A DNA stretch of 64,000 bases from an uncultured Actinomycetes bacterium (GTDB lineage Bacteria; Actinomycetota; Thermoleophilia; RBG-16-64-13). Every line of letters starts with the position of its first letter. Position 1 is the first letter of the stretch. Shown here piece by piece: positions 42,481 to 52,081 of the stretch. Below the pieces are notes generated by a model. That model was not told where the DNA came from. It ran no database searches and worked only from the letters and a program-made list of their open reading frames with translations. A program made the position numbers and the translations under genes. The DNA is taken from the NCBI GenBank assembly GCA_963706025.1, contig CAVPLM010000017.1, forward strand, positions 1,709-65,708. The letters are read 5' to 3'.

Positions 42481-43983
42481 ATGGATGGCGGAACAGAAGA
42501 ATTGAGCGCCCCTAGCGAAGACCGCGTCGACGAGCTTGAGCGCAACTGCGTCAGTCGCCGCGAGTTCCTCAAACTGGCCGGGATTGCCGGCGCTGCCATC
42601 GGCATGGGTGCCGGTCTTGGCGGAGCCGTGGCTGGGTGCGGCGGAGGAGGAAGAAACTACTACCACCGCGGGCGCCACGACGACGGTGGCGGGCGCCACG
42701 ACGACTACGGCAGGCGCCACGACCACGACCAGCGCCGGAGCGGAGCTGGGTCGAGAGATCAAGGTGGGCTTCTCGTCTCCGGGGACGGGGATCTATGCGT
42801 CGTTCGGGGTGCCGGATGGCTGGTGCGTGGACAAGTGGAACGCGATCTTCAAGGACGGGCTTCTGTGCGGAGACGGCCTGGTGCATCCCATCACGATCAT
42901 CGTCAAGGACAACCAGTCCGACTCGAACCGGGCCTCACAGGTTACTGGAGACCTCATCAACAATGACAAGGTGGACATCGTCATCTGCGACTCGACTCCC
43001 GATACTCGTCAACCCGGCATCCGACCAATGCGAAGCAGCCGGGAATGCCGTGCGTGTCCAATGACGCCCCCTGGCAGGCCTACTTCTTCGGGCGAGAACG
43101 GGGACCCCGAGGTAGGTTTCAAGTGGACATATCATCATGTTCTGGGGGCTCGATGAGATACATCGCCAACTTCCTCGACATGTGGGCGAAGATTCCGACA
43201 CGAACCAGGTCGTCGGCGGTATGTGGCCAAATGATGCAGACGGGAACGCGATGGTAGATCCGGCATGGCTGACAGAGAGTTCGAGGAGCTCGGCAGGACT
43301 GGACCGATCATCGATCCCGGCGCCTATCCAGCTGGGAACTGAGGACTTCACGGCCAGATGATCTCGCTCTTCAAGAACGAGGGGTCGAGATCATCACCGG
43401 CGTCATGCCTCCCCCGGACTTCACAAACTTCTGGAAGCAGGCTATACAGCAAGGTCTTCCAGCCTAAGGTCTTTCTCACCATGGCCAAGGCCCTGCTCTT
43501 TCCGCAGTCGGTCGAAGCTCTGGGTGAGATTGCCGCCAACTACGACAACGCGAGTGCTGGTGGTCTCCATACCATCCCTTCAAGTCGTCGCTGACCGGCG
43601 AGACCACTGCCGAACTGGCCGCCGACTTCGAGAGCACGCGCCGGCACGCAATGGACCCAACCCATACTGCACTATGCGCTCATGGAGGTAGTCGCGGATG
43701 CGCTTGAAGCGCACGGCCGACGTTGACGACAAGGAGCAGATCTCGAGGGGGTGCGCGACTACCAAGATGGATACCATGGCCGGTCCTATCGATTTCACCG
43801 AGCCCGTCGATCCCATGGGACAACGCATCCGGTGCCCGAACGTCTACAAGACTCCGCAGGTCGGCTCCCAGTGGGTCAAGGGAACTGGAGAGTGGCTCGT
43901 TCGAGCTAGGCGATAGTGGCGAACCCGGATGGCACCGATGGTCCCGGTCCAGGCGGAAGTCCTGCCGATGCCGAAGATATTGA
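42481..43983 (+). pseudogene. LivK-type substrate-binding lipoprotein SBP2, heavily frameshifted
   Basis: Same leader as SBP1 and SBP3 (SRREFLKLAGIAGAAIGMGAGLGGAVAGCG). Fragments in ORFs 42481.., 42536.., 43137.., 43358.. and 43698... The 3' end is approximate. Confidence 0.6.
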
Positions 43984-44234
43984 AGCAGCGGCCCAGGCGG
44001 ACGTTGCTGGTGTTGAAGTACTGCATGGCCAGGGCGGCTGCCCCAGGGCGGAATCGTCGTGACCGGATAGCTCCGAGTCACGAATCTGTGTGGACGAAGG
44101 CAGATCCAGCTTCTGCCGGTTATGAAAGGGCCGCCGAATGGGATCTCGGATGAGGGAAGTCCAGCGACCGGGGCCGCGCCACTTCAAGGCCACGAACGTG
44201 CCCAGGGCCGCGCCGATTCGCGACCAGCGAAAGG

Positions 44235-45095
44235 GTGAGCATGGAAGGCTACTCTATCTTCAGTGAGACCATTGCCGATATGACCTGGCCTGCGGTCGAG
44301 GAGGCGGCGCGCCGGAAGGCTCTCATGCTTGTTCCCATCGCGGTGATCGAGCAACATGGACCGCATCTGCCGCTGGCCACAGACACCTACGGGGCGTATC
44401 TCCTAGTTGTCCACATCAGGGCCCGGCTGGCCGAGGCCGGGGTCGAGGCGCTCATCGCGCCTCCGTACTACTTCGGCATGAATCCGACGACGGCCATGTT
44501 CACGGGGTCACTGCACATCGATCGCGAGACTATGGTCAGCATGCTTACCCAGCTATTCCACAACTACAACCGCTGGGGTTTTCAACGACAATTCATCCTG
44601 AACCATCATGGCGATCCCGCCCACAACGACGCGATAATGGAGGCCATCCGTGCGGTACGGTCCCAGGGAGTCGACGCCGTTTACACGATGGGCGGTTTCG
44701 TCCAGCAATTCATCGAGGAGGGCTACGCCTCTGCTTTCCACAAGCCGTTGCCGCTCCCGGAATCCGCGCTCCTCAAGGCTCCCGAGTCCGAGGCGACCAG
44801 GCTGGCCCGTGAGCGGCTTGCCAAGTCGGTCCTCCACGTTCATGCCGAGGAGTTCGAGACCAGCATGATCATGCGCTGGTATCCGGATGTGCTCGATCCT
44901 CAGACCGAGGTCGGGAACCTCCCGCCGGTGCTGCCCACCCCGAAGGAGTTCGATCAGGCCATCCAAGCCGGCAAATGGAGAGAGCTTTCGCCGGCCGGCT
45001 ATATCGGGGATCCATCAGTGGCGGCGGCGGAGACCGGAGAGATCTACGCGTTGGAGGCGGCCGACATCGCGCGCGCCATCGCAGCGCGGTTGTGA
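44235..45095 (+). CDS. Creatininase-family amidohydrolase
   Basis: 286 aa. PIAVIEQHGPHLPLATD, ILNHHGDPAHN, HAEEFETSMIM follow the metal-ligand pattern of the creatininase fold. Confidence 0.75.
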   Translation: MSMEGYSIFSETIADMTWPAVEEAARRKALMLVPIAVIEQHGPHLPLATDTYGAYLLVVHIRARLAEAGVEALIAPPYYFGMNPTTAMFTGSLHIDRETMVSMLTQLFHNYNRWGFQRQFILNHHGDPAHNDAIMEAIRAVRSQGVDAVYTMGGFVQQFIEEGYASAFHKPLPLPESALLKAPESEATRLARERLAKSVLHVHAEEFETSMIMRWYPDVLDPQTEVGNLPPVLPTPKEFDQAIQAGKWRELSPAGYIGDPSVAAAETGEIYALEAADIARAIAARL

Positions 45096-45182
45096 TGGCA
45101 GGGTTCGATCGAGATTCGCCTGTAAGGTAGGGGGAGAGCGGGACTAGGTGATCAGCGCAGTTGAAAAGAAAGGAGCGAACAG

Positions 45183-45611
45183 ATGAGCGTCAAGATCGAG
45201 CACATAGAGTGGCCAGACCGGCCGGATGTGATGATGCCCTATTCACCGGCCATCAAAGTCACGGGAGGGAGCCTGTTGTTCTTCGCGGGGGTGACGGCCG
45301 CTCCCGTCTATCACAGCCACCCCCACATTCCCGCGGAGTTCGACAACATACCCCCGGATATGGCCACCCAAGCCCGAATGACCATGGAGAATCTCAAGAA
45401 GTCGGTAGAAGCCGCCGGTGGCACCCTAGAGAACGTCGTGCACTGCAAGCGCTTCTTGACCAATCTCGACCTGCAGGACGATCTGAACAAAGTCTGGAAC
45501 GAGTACATGGGCAAGTACAAGCCCACCTCCACCACCGTCCAGGTACAGCGACTGGCCACCGACCCTCGCTGTCTGGTGGAGATAGACGCCATCGCCGTGG
45601 TAGACGACTAG
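45183..45611 (+). CDS. RidA/YjgF-family reactive-intermediate deaminase
   Basis: 142 aa. LFFAGVTA..., ...NVVHCKRFLTNL..., ...VEIDAIAVV is a typical YjgF pattern. Confidence 0.7.
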   Translation: MSVKIEHIEWPDRPDVMMPYSPAIKVTGGSLLFFAGVTAAPVYHSHPHIPAEFDNIPPDMATQARMTMENLKKSVEAAGGTLENVVHCKRFLTNLDLQDDLNKVWNEYMGKYKPTSTTVQVQRLATDPRCLVEIDAIAVVDD

Positions 45612-45650
45612 GGGCGGCGGCTGCATCCACCCACGTCACAAGGAGTCGCC

Positions 45651-46516
45651 ATGGAGAGGAAGCCCAATTGGGCGGCGCAGACCTTTCTCATCCTTCATCC
45701 CGCTGCGGTGGGATGCCTTCTCGGAGCCCTGATTCTCGACCCGGGCGGCGAGACTCGGGTGTTCGTGATCGCCTGCGTCACCGTCGCCCTGATCTTCGCG
45801 GTGGTGGGGGCGATGGTCCCTGTCCTAGCCATCAAGAAGCCGCTCCGATCGTATCGCTTCCTCGCCGGAGTCGGGCATTCCCCGCTCAGCCGCCAGGCGG
45901 CACTGGTGGGATTGTTCACGTTGCTGTTGCTGGTCTATTGGGTCCTGGTGCTCGCCGAGGTCAGCGCCCTATGGTTGGGTATCGTCACCGTGGCGGCCGG
46001 CGCGGCAGCCGTGCTGGCTGCCGGCCTGGTCTATCTGCTGGGGTCTCAGCCCGGCTGGCGCCATTGGTCGACTCCGCTGTTGCTCTTCGGTGATCTCTTG
46101 GCCCTGGGGGTGTCCACCGGCCTTGTGGTCGCCCTAGGGTGGCGAGACGTTCTGCTCGCCGGTTCGACCGGCGCCGTTGCCGCGCAGATCTTGGTGCTCG
46201 TGGGGGTGGTCGTCCTGGAAACCGGGATCTGGGGAAGGATCGGTCGTGTCGCCGGACGGGAGCCTCGGACGCAGGACCCGGCACTCGCCCAGGGCGGCCG
46301 AGGTTGGACGCCTCTTGCGAGCGCGGTGCTCGTGGCTGTGGCCGGCGTGCGGCGGCGGCCAGCTTCGCCTGGGAGTGGGCGATCATAGTCTGCTTCACCT
46401 GTCTGCTGGCGGCGCTGCTCGTTCATTGGCGAGCGTTCTTCGTCTCTGCTGCTCCCCATAGCTGGAGGGCCGAGGTGAACTGGTACGCGCCCACGCCTGT
46501 CGCCGGGAAGGAGTGA
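45651..46516 (+). pseudogene. DmsC-like polytopic membrane anchor, one frameshift near 46340
   Basis: Multiple TM helices. KKPLRSYRFLAGVGHSPLSRQAA resembles the DmsC SxLSRE region. The C-terminus continues in ORF 46139..46516. Its stop overlaps the next start. Confidence 0.5.
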
Positions 46517-49174
46517 CGGCCATGACGGAGAGCAAACCGCAGACCCTGGTCAACCCTGCTCTCGCCGGCGGGCAGTGGAAGAGGGTCATGTGCAAGCTGT
46601 GCGGCAATAAGACCTGGTGCACGGCCCAAGCCTACGTGAAAGACGGGATCATTCTCAGCGTGGCCGGCGATCCGGAGAACCCGATGAACGGCGAGACGCT
46701 CTGTGGCCGGGGCCAAGCGGCCATGATGAACGTCTACAACCCCTATCGGGTAAAGGCGCCCATGAAGCGCACCAATCCCAACAAAGGGCTCGACGAAGAC
46801 CCCGGCTGGGTGGAGATAAGCTGGGACGAGGCCCTCGACACGGTGGCGGCAAAGATGCGGGAGATCGCCGAGCGCGGCGACCCTCGCCGGTTCGGCCACT
46901 GCTTCGGGTTCGCCGCCTGGGCCAACATCGTCTCGGACGAGGCCTTCTGCCGCGCCTTCGGCAGCCCGTACGACATACAGGGCAGGGGCCACCTGTGCCC
47001 GGTCCACATCGGGGCCTCCTTCGTCAACGGGACCTTCCTGGATAAGCAGGACGTGGAGTACGCGAACTACTTCCTCACCATCGGTGGTAGCTTGGGCCCC
47101 AACTCCGGCAGCGCCCACGGCATGCGGGCCGTGTCCCGGGCCATGGAACGGGGCATGAAGCTGGTGGTCGTCGATCCGCGGATGAGCCCGGAGGCGGCCA
47201 TGGCCCAGGAGTGGGTACCCATCCGGCCCGGGGGCGACCTGGCCTTCACCCTCAGCATGCTCCACGTGATGCTCCACGAGATGCCGGTGACCGATCTGGA
47301 TCTACGCTTCATCAAGGAACGGAGCAACCTGGTCTACCTCATCGGCGAGGACAAGCTGTACCTCACCGATCCGGAAACCGCCAAACCGCTCGTGTGGGAT
47401 CCGGTGGACGATGGTGCGAAGACCTTCGACGATCCGACCATCAAGGACTACGCGCTCGCCGGTTCTTACGGGATCGACGGGCGTGTAGGCACGCCGGCCT
47501 TCGCTCTTCTCAAGGAACGGATGGCGGAATACACGCCCGAATGGCAGGAGCAACACACCACGGTCCCCGCCGAGACCATCCGCCGCATCACCCGGGAGTT
47601 CGTGGACGCGGCCCAGGTCGGAGCCACCATCACTCTGGACGGTTTTGAGTTCCCCCTGCGCCCGGCCGTCATCAAGTCGGAGCGGGGTGCCTACTCCACC
47701 ACCCATGGCGCCTATCAGCACTTCGCCGTCAAGATCGTGGCCGGCCTGGTGGGAGCCACCGACGTGCCCGGCGGCTTCCTGGGTTCGGAGCAAGGACCCG
47801 TGCTCAGCCCCGGACCGGACGGGGTGGTATCGCCCAAGCAGGAGGCCCAGCCGATTCCCTGGCAGCAGCCTCCTTCTCTGGACCTGCGGGAATTCTACCC
47901 CCACCGGCACACCGGCCCCTATCTAGTCTGGAAGACGGTGCTCGATCCAGAGAAATACGGGGTCGACCACAACCTCGACATGCTCATGGTCTACGGCAGC
48001 AATCCCATCCACTCGAACTGCACGCCCATGCGCGCCATCGAGGCGTTCAAGAAGATCCCGTTCATGGCGGTCGTCGCTTTGGTCTACGACGAGACCACCC
48101 AGTTCGCGGATATACTTCTGCCCGAGAGCACCATCCTTGAGCGGCATGCGCTCCTCGAGTACGGCGACCACGTCGTGCACGCGGCCGATGAGGCCATCCT
48201 GCGTACCCGTACCGTGCAGGTCACCAAGCCGGTCATCGACCCGGTCTGGAACACCCGCCAGGCTGACGACATGTACATAGAGATCGCCGAGCGGGCGGGA
48301 TTCCTCTTTGGCGAAGGCGGACTGAACGCGGAGCTCAATCGGACCCTCAACCTGTGCGACGAGCACAAGCTCGACCTGAACACCAAGTACCTGACTCCCG
48401 ATCTGATCGACCGGATCACCCGCTGCCATTTCGGCGACGAGTACGGGATGGACTACTTCGACGAGCACGCCCTGATCCCCGATCTCCTGCCCAAGGCCGA
48501 GGCCTACAACTTCTACTATTTCCCCTGGGGAAAAACCCGTCATCCGCTGTATCTGAACCAGTTCTACGCGAACGGTCAGGAGTTCAAGAGGAATCTGGCC
48601 GGCGCCGGTCTCGAAGCTCCTCCCGGATGGGACCCCGCTACCTACTGGGATCACTGGGAGCCCATCCCGCGGTGGGTCGGACGCTGCGACGAAGCCTACG
48701 CGGAGGAATACGATCTCAGGGCCATGGTCTGGACCACGCCGCAGACCCGGATGTGCTCAGGCGACCAGATAGGCAATCCCTGGGTGCGGGAGCCGGTGGA
48801 CGAGTTCGACCCTTACGATCTCGCCATCCTCATCAACAGCGAGACCGCCCGCAGGAAGGGTCTTAAAGATGGGGATCAAGTGAAGGTGGAGGCTTTCTGG
48901 GGCGGTACAGCTCAAGGCATGCTCAAGGTAACGGAATTGATCCACCCGGAGGCGCTCGGGTTTCCCCGGCCACCATGGCTTCAAGGGGCGCCTGCGCAAC
49001 CCCATCACCTGGAAAGGACCCGATTTCAACGATCTCCTCTCCGATAGGGAGGGAGAGTTCGATCCCATCTCCTGCGCGACCGACATCAGTCCCCGGGTGC
49101 GCGTGGTGAAGCTGGGCGCCGATGGTGCGAGTGCCGCCCGGGCGAACCCCGAGGGTCAAGGAGGTGCGCCATGA
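46513..49174 (+). pseudogene. Molybdopterin (bis-MGD) oxidoreductase catalytic subunit, cytoplasmic type, one frameshift near 48960
   Basis: N-terminal FeS motif CKLCGNKTWC...LCGRG. KAPMKRTNP, ISWDEALD, VVVDPRMS. No twin-arginine motif. The last ~70 aa (PGHHGFKGRLRNP...) are in a shifted frame ending at TGA 49172-49174. Confidence 0.8.
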
Positions 49175-49824
49175 GATACGGCATGGTCATCGATCTCTCC
49201 AAGTGCTCTGGGTGTATGTCGTGCGACGTGGCCTGCAAGCGCGAGAACTTCACCCCTCCGGGCGTGCACTGGAGCAAGGTGCACATCTACGAGACCGGCC
49301 GGTATCCTCACTCCAAGCTGCGTTCGCTTCCGGACCACTGCATGCACTGCGAAGAGCCGGCCTGTGAGAAGGCCTGCCCCACCGGGGCCACCAGCCACCG
49401 GGCCGACGGCGTGGTGACCATCGACAACGATTGCTGTGTGGGCTGCGGCTACTGTGCCCTGGCCTGTCCCTACCAAGCCCGGGTGCTGAACCGTGGCGAA
49501 CCTAGACCTTACCATGAGCCTCATGGTTTTACGCCGTTCGAGGAGATAGGCTACTTCCAGCGCTTGGGACCGGTGGAGCACGGCAAGGGGGTCATTGAGA
49601 AGTGCACCTTCTGTGTCCACAGGCTCGACCAGGGAGGAGAGCCGTCCTGCGTGAGCACCTGCCCCGCAGGCGCCCGGACCTTCGGCGACCTCGACGACCC
49701 CGAGAGCGAGGTGGCACGGCTGGCGGCCGGCGGCGCGAAGGGCCGCCTGGACGAGCACGGTACCAAGCCCAAGGTCTTGTATCTCTTCCTGGACGAGCAT
49801 CTGGGCAAGGGGATGGCTGAATGA
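49171..49824 (+). CDS. 4Fe-4S ferredoxin-type electron-transfer subunit (DmsB/PsrB-like)
   Basis: 217 aa. CSGCMSCDVAC, CMHCEEPACEKACP, CVGCGYCALACP, CTFC...CVSTCP. ATG overlaps the alpha stop. Confidence 0.85.
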   Translation: MRYGMVIDLSKCSGCMSCDVACKRENFTPPGVHWSKVHIYETGRYPHSKLRSLPDHCMHCEEPACEKACPTGATSHRADGVVTIDNDCCVGCGYCALACPYQARVLNRGEPRPYHEPHGFTPFEEIGYFQRLGPVEHGKGVIEKCTFCVHRLDQGGEPSCVSTCPAGARTFGDLDDPESEVARLAAGGAKGRLDEHGTKPKVLYLFLDEHLGKGMAE

Positions 49825-50465
49825 CGGCGTTCGAAGAGATCGCGGAGGCCCTGGATCGGTTGGACGAGGACACGGTCGAGCTCGTTCGCGAGGCTCTGGC
49901 TCGGGGTGAAGACCCGCTCGAGATCATCGAACAGGGCATCGTGGTTGGCATCCGCACCTGTGGGGACAAGCTGGCCGCCTACGAATACGGGGTGCCGGAG
50001 CTCCTCGTGGCCGGTGAGCTGGCTCAGGAATGCATCAAAGTGGTGAGGCCCCACCTGGACCCCAGCAAAGCGCCGGCCAAGGCCACAGTCGTTATAGCCA
50101 CCGTCCAGGGCGACATACACGAATTGGGCAAGAACCTCGTTGCCCTCTTGCTGGAGCTTGCGGGTTTCACGATCGTCGATCTCGGGGTGGATGTGGCTCC
50201 GATGGCCATCATCGACAAAGCGGAGGAGACGGGCGCGACTGTCATAGCTCTCTCGTCTCTGATGGTGACCACGATGCCGGCCCAGCAGGAAGTCATCACC
50301 TATCTCAGGGATACAGGGAAGCGAGAGAGGTTCCGAGTCATCGTCGGCGGGGCGCCTACCTCGCAATCCTGGGCGAATTCGATCGGTGCTGACGGCTGGG
50401 CGGCGGATGCCCAAGCTGCCGTCGCGCTGGTCGAAGGCCTGTGCGGATCCGGTGATCGGCAGTGA
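49821..50465 (+). CDS. Corrinoid (cobalamin-binding) protein of the MtmC/MtbC/MttC type
   Basis: 214 aa. N-terminal helical cap plus a Rossmann domain with GDIHELG (DxHxxG), SSL (SxL) and VGG. ATGA overlap with the upstream gene. Confidence 0.85.
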   Translation: MTAFEEIAEALDRLDEDTVELVREALARGEDPLEIIEQGIVVGIRTCGDKLAAYEYGVPELLVAGELAQECIKVVRPHLDPSKAPAKATVVIATVQGDIHELGKNLVALLLELAGFTIVDLGVDVAPMAIIDKAEETGATVIALSSLMVTTMPAQQEVITYLRDTGKRERFRVIVGGAPTSQSWANSIGADGWAADAQAAVALVEGLCGSGDRQ

Positions 50466-51841
50466 TCGGGACCCGGGACATATTGGAGAGATCTCTCACC
50501 GGACCGGTGATGAAAGAGCGCGATTTCGACCTAGCCTTTGCCAAGAAACTCCGCCAACTCTACGCCGACGTGACCGGTTCTCGGGGGATGCCCGACCCCG
50601 ACCGGGTAGTTCCCGACGACGAGACCGCCGACCTGGTGTTCGCGGCAGCGGTGGAGTTGCTGGCCGAAGTGGGTCTATATAACAAGGACAGCCAGCGTGT
50701 CGTACAGGTCACTCGGGAGGAGATCCTGGAGATCGCGTCAAGCCGCCTCTCCGAGATCGAGCTGGGCACTGGGGCCGAGCGCGTCACTGTACGGGAAAGA
50801 AAGCCGGGCTCCACTTTTCCCCCGGTCATAGTGACCGGCCCGGTGGGAGGGCCCTTCACCGAGGAGTGCTATCTGCCCTGCCACCTCTCCTACGCCCAGG
50901 AACCCACCTGCCAGGGCCTGCTCGGCGGCGTTCTCCTGAGTTGGCAGGGAATCGAGAACATGGCCGGCCGGCCCAACGAGCTCATCGTGACCGCTGCGGA
51001 AGGCGAGCTCATCGCCCGGGCGGCAGAGGCTGCGGGGAAGCCCGGTCTTTACCTGGGGCCCTTCCCGCCGGGCGGGATCTCCCCGGAGGCGATCTTCTGC
51101 AACCACTCGGCGGCGGGACTCCCGCCGGCACGGACTCAGATCCCCATCCAGCTCATGCCGGAGCTGAAGCTCAGTTGGAGCAAGATCGATCTGGCCCTCT
51201 ATTGTCAGGCCCATGGGGTCCACCCGTGGACCGACATCGTCTCGGTGATCGGGGCCTTCTGCCGGAACGCCCTGGAGAGCTCCATCTCTCAGACGGCTGG
51301 GGTGCTGGGCGCCTGGACCTTTACCGGGGGATCCACCGCTTCGGTCTGGAGCACCGACATCGAGGGTCTCTGTACCCGGAAGCGGAACCTGTGGGCCAAC
51401 TGCGCGACCACGCGGGCACTGGAGCGTCACGTGGGAAACCCGGTCTTCCTGCTCGGGTACGCTTCGGCCGGACCGTGCACCGAGATGGCCTTGCTCGAGA
51501 CGGCGGCCTATTCCGTCGCCTACACGGCCAGTGGAGGCGAATTGATATGGGGGGGATCCACCTGCAACGGCGTGGATACGAATGCCTACGCGGGCCTGCA
51601 GGGCCGGATGGTGGGGGAGGCGGCTGAAGGCGCGTGCGGTCTCTCGGTCGACCGAGCCAATCAGATCATCGAAAGGCTTTTCGCCGCTTTCGAGGCCGAC
51701 CTCCCCGTCGCGCCCAAAGGGCTCACGTTCGACCGGTGCTACGACCTAGATTCGATCCGGCCCACGCGTCAGTATGCTCAGCTATACCAGAGGACGAAAG
51801 ACGCGCTGAGCGCGGACTTTGGGCTGAGTTTCACCCTTTAG
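50462..51841 (+). CDS. MtmB-family (monomethylamine-methyltransferase-like) protein without pyrrolysine
   Basis: 459 aa with no in-frame TAG. GYASAGPCTEMALLETAAYSVAYTASGGE and KGLTFDRCYDLDSIRPTRQY parallel methanogen MtmB as I remember it. GTGA overlap with the corrinoid gene. Confidence 0.75.
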   Translation: MIGTRDILERSLTGPVMKERDFDLAFAKKLRQLYADVTGSRGMPDPDRVVPDDETADLVFAAAVELLAEVGLYNKDSQRVVQVTREEILEIASSRLSEIELGTGAERVTVRERKPGSTFPPVIVTGPVGGPFTEECYLPCHLSYAQEPTCQGLLGGVLLSWQGIENMAGRPNELIVTAAEGELIARAAEAAGKPGLYLGPFPPGGISPEAIFCNHSAAGLPPARTQIPIQLMPELKLSWSKIDLALYCQAHGVHPWTDIVSVIGAFCRNALESSISQTAGVLGAWTFTGGSTASVWSTDIEGLCTRKRNLWANCATTRALERHVGNPVFLLGYASAGPCTEMALLETAAYSVAYTASGGELIWGGSTCNGVDTNAYAGLQGRMVGEAAEGACGLSVDRANQIIERLFAAFEADLPVAPKGLTFDRCYDLDSIRPTRQYAQLYQRTKDALSADFGLSFTL

Positions 51842-52081
51842 TGGTGGGGCCTGGGGGTTTTTTTCGTAGGCTTGGTGTATATTCAGCCACGCACACGAAT
51901 GGCAGCCGGTGACTTTCGGCCGAGCGACTCATCGCATCGGTTGACCCTGGAGTACGGCGGTCGTGTGCGAACATGGGGGAGCGAGCAGCGCTGAGGGGGG
52001 TGATCCGAAACCACGGGGATCCATTTCTAACTCGAGCTGTCGTCTTCGTCTAGTGGCAATCTCTGCAAATAGGAGGGGAAC

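Noticed and set aside
23730-49174. Periplasmic (TAT-exported) location of the molybdoenzymes because tatA is nearby
   Set aside because: None of the six catalytic subunits has an S/T-R-R-x-F-L-K motif or any cleavable leader. The only twin-arginine leaders in the window belong to the three solute-binding lipoproteins.
51842-51870. T7 run (51858-51864) after the MtmB-like gene as an intrinsic terminator
   Set aside because: The U-tract is conspicuous for this genome, but I could not find a convincing upstream stem (at most 4 bp), so it is not listed as a feature.
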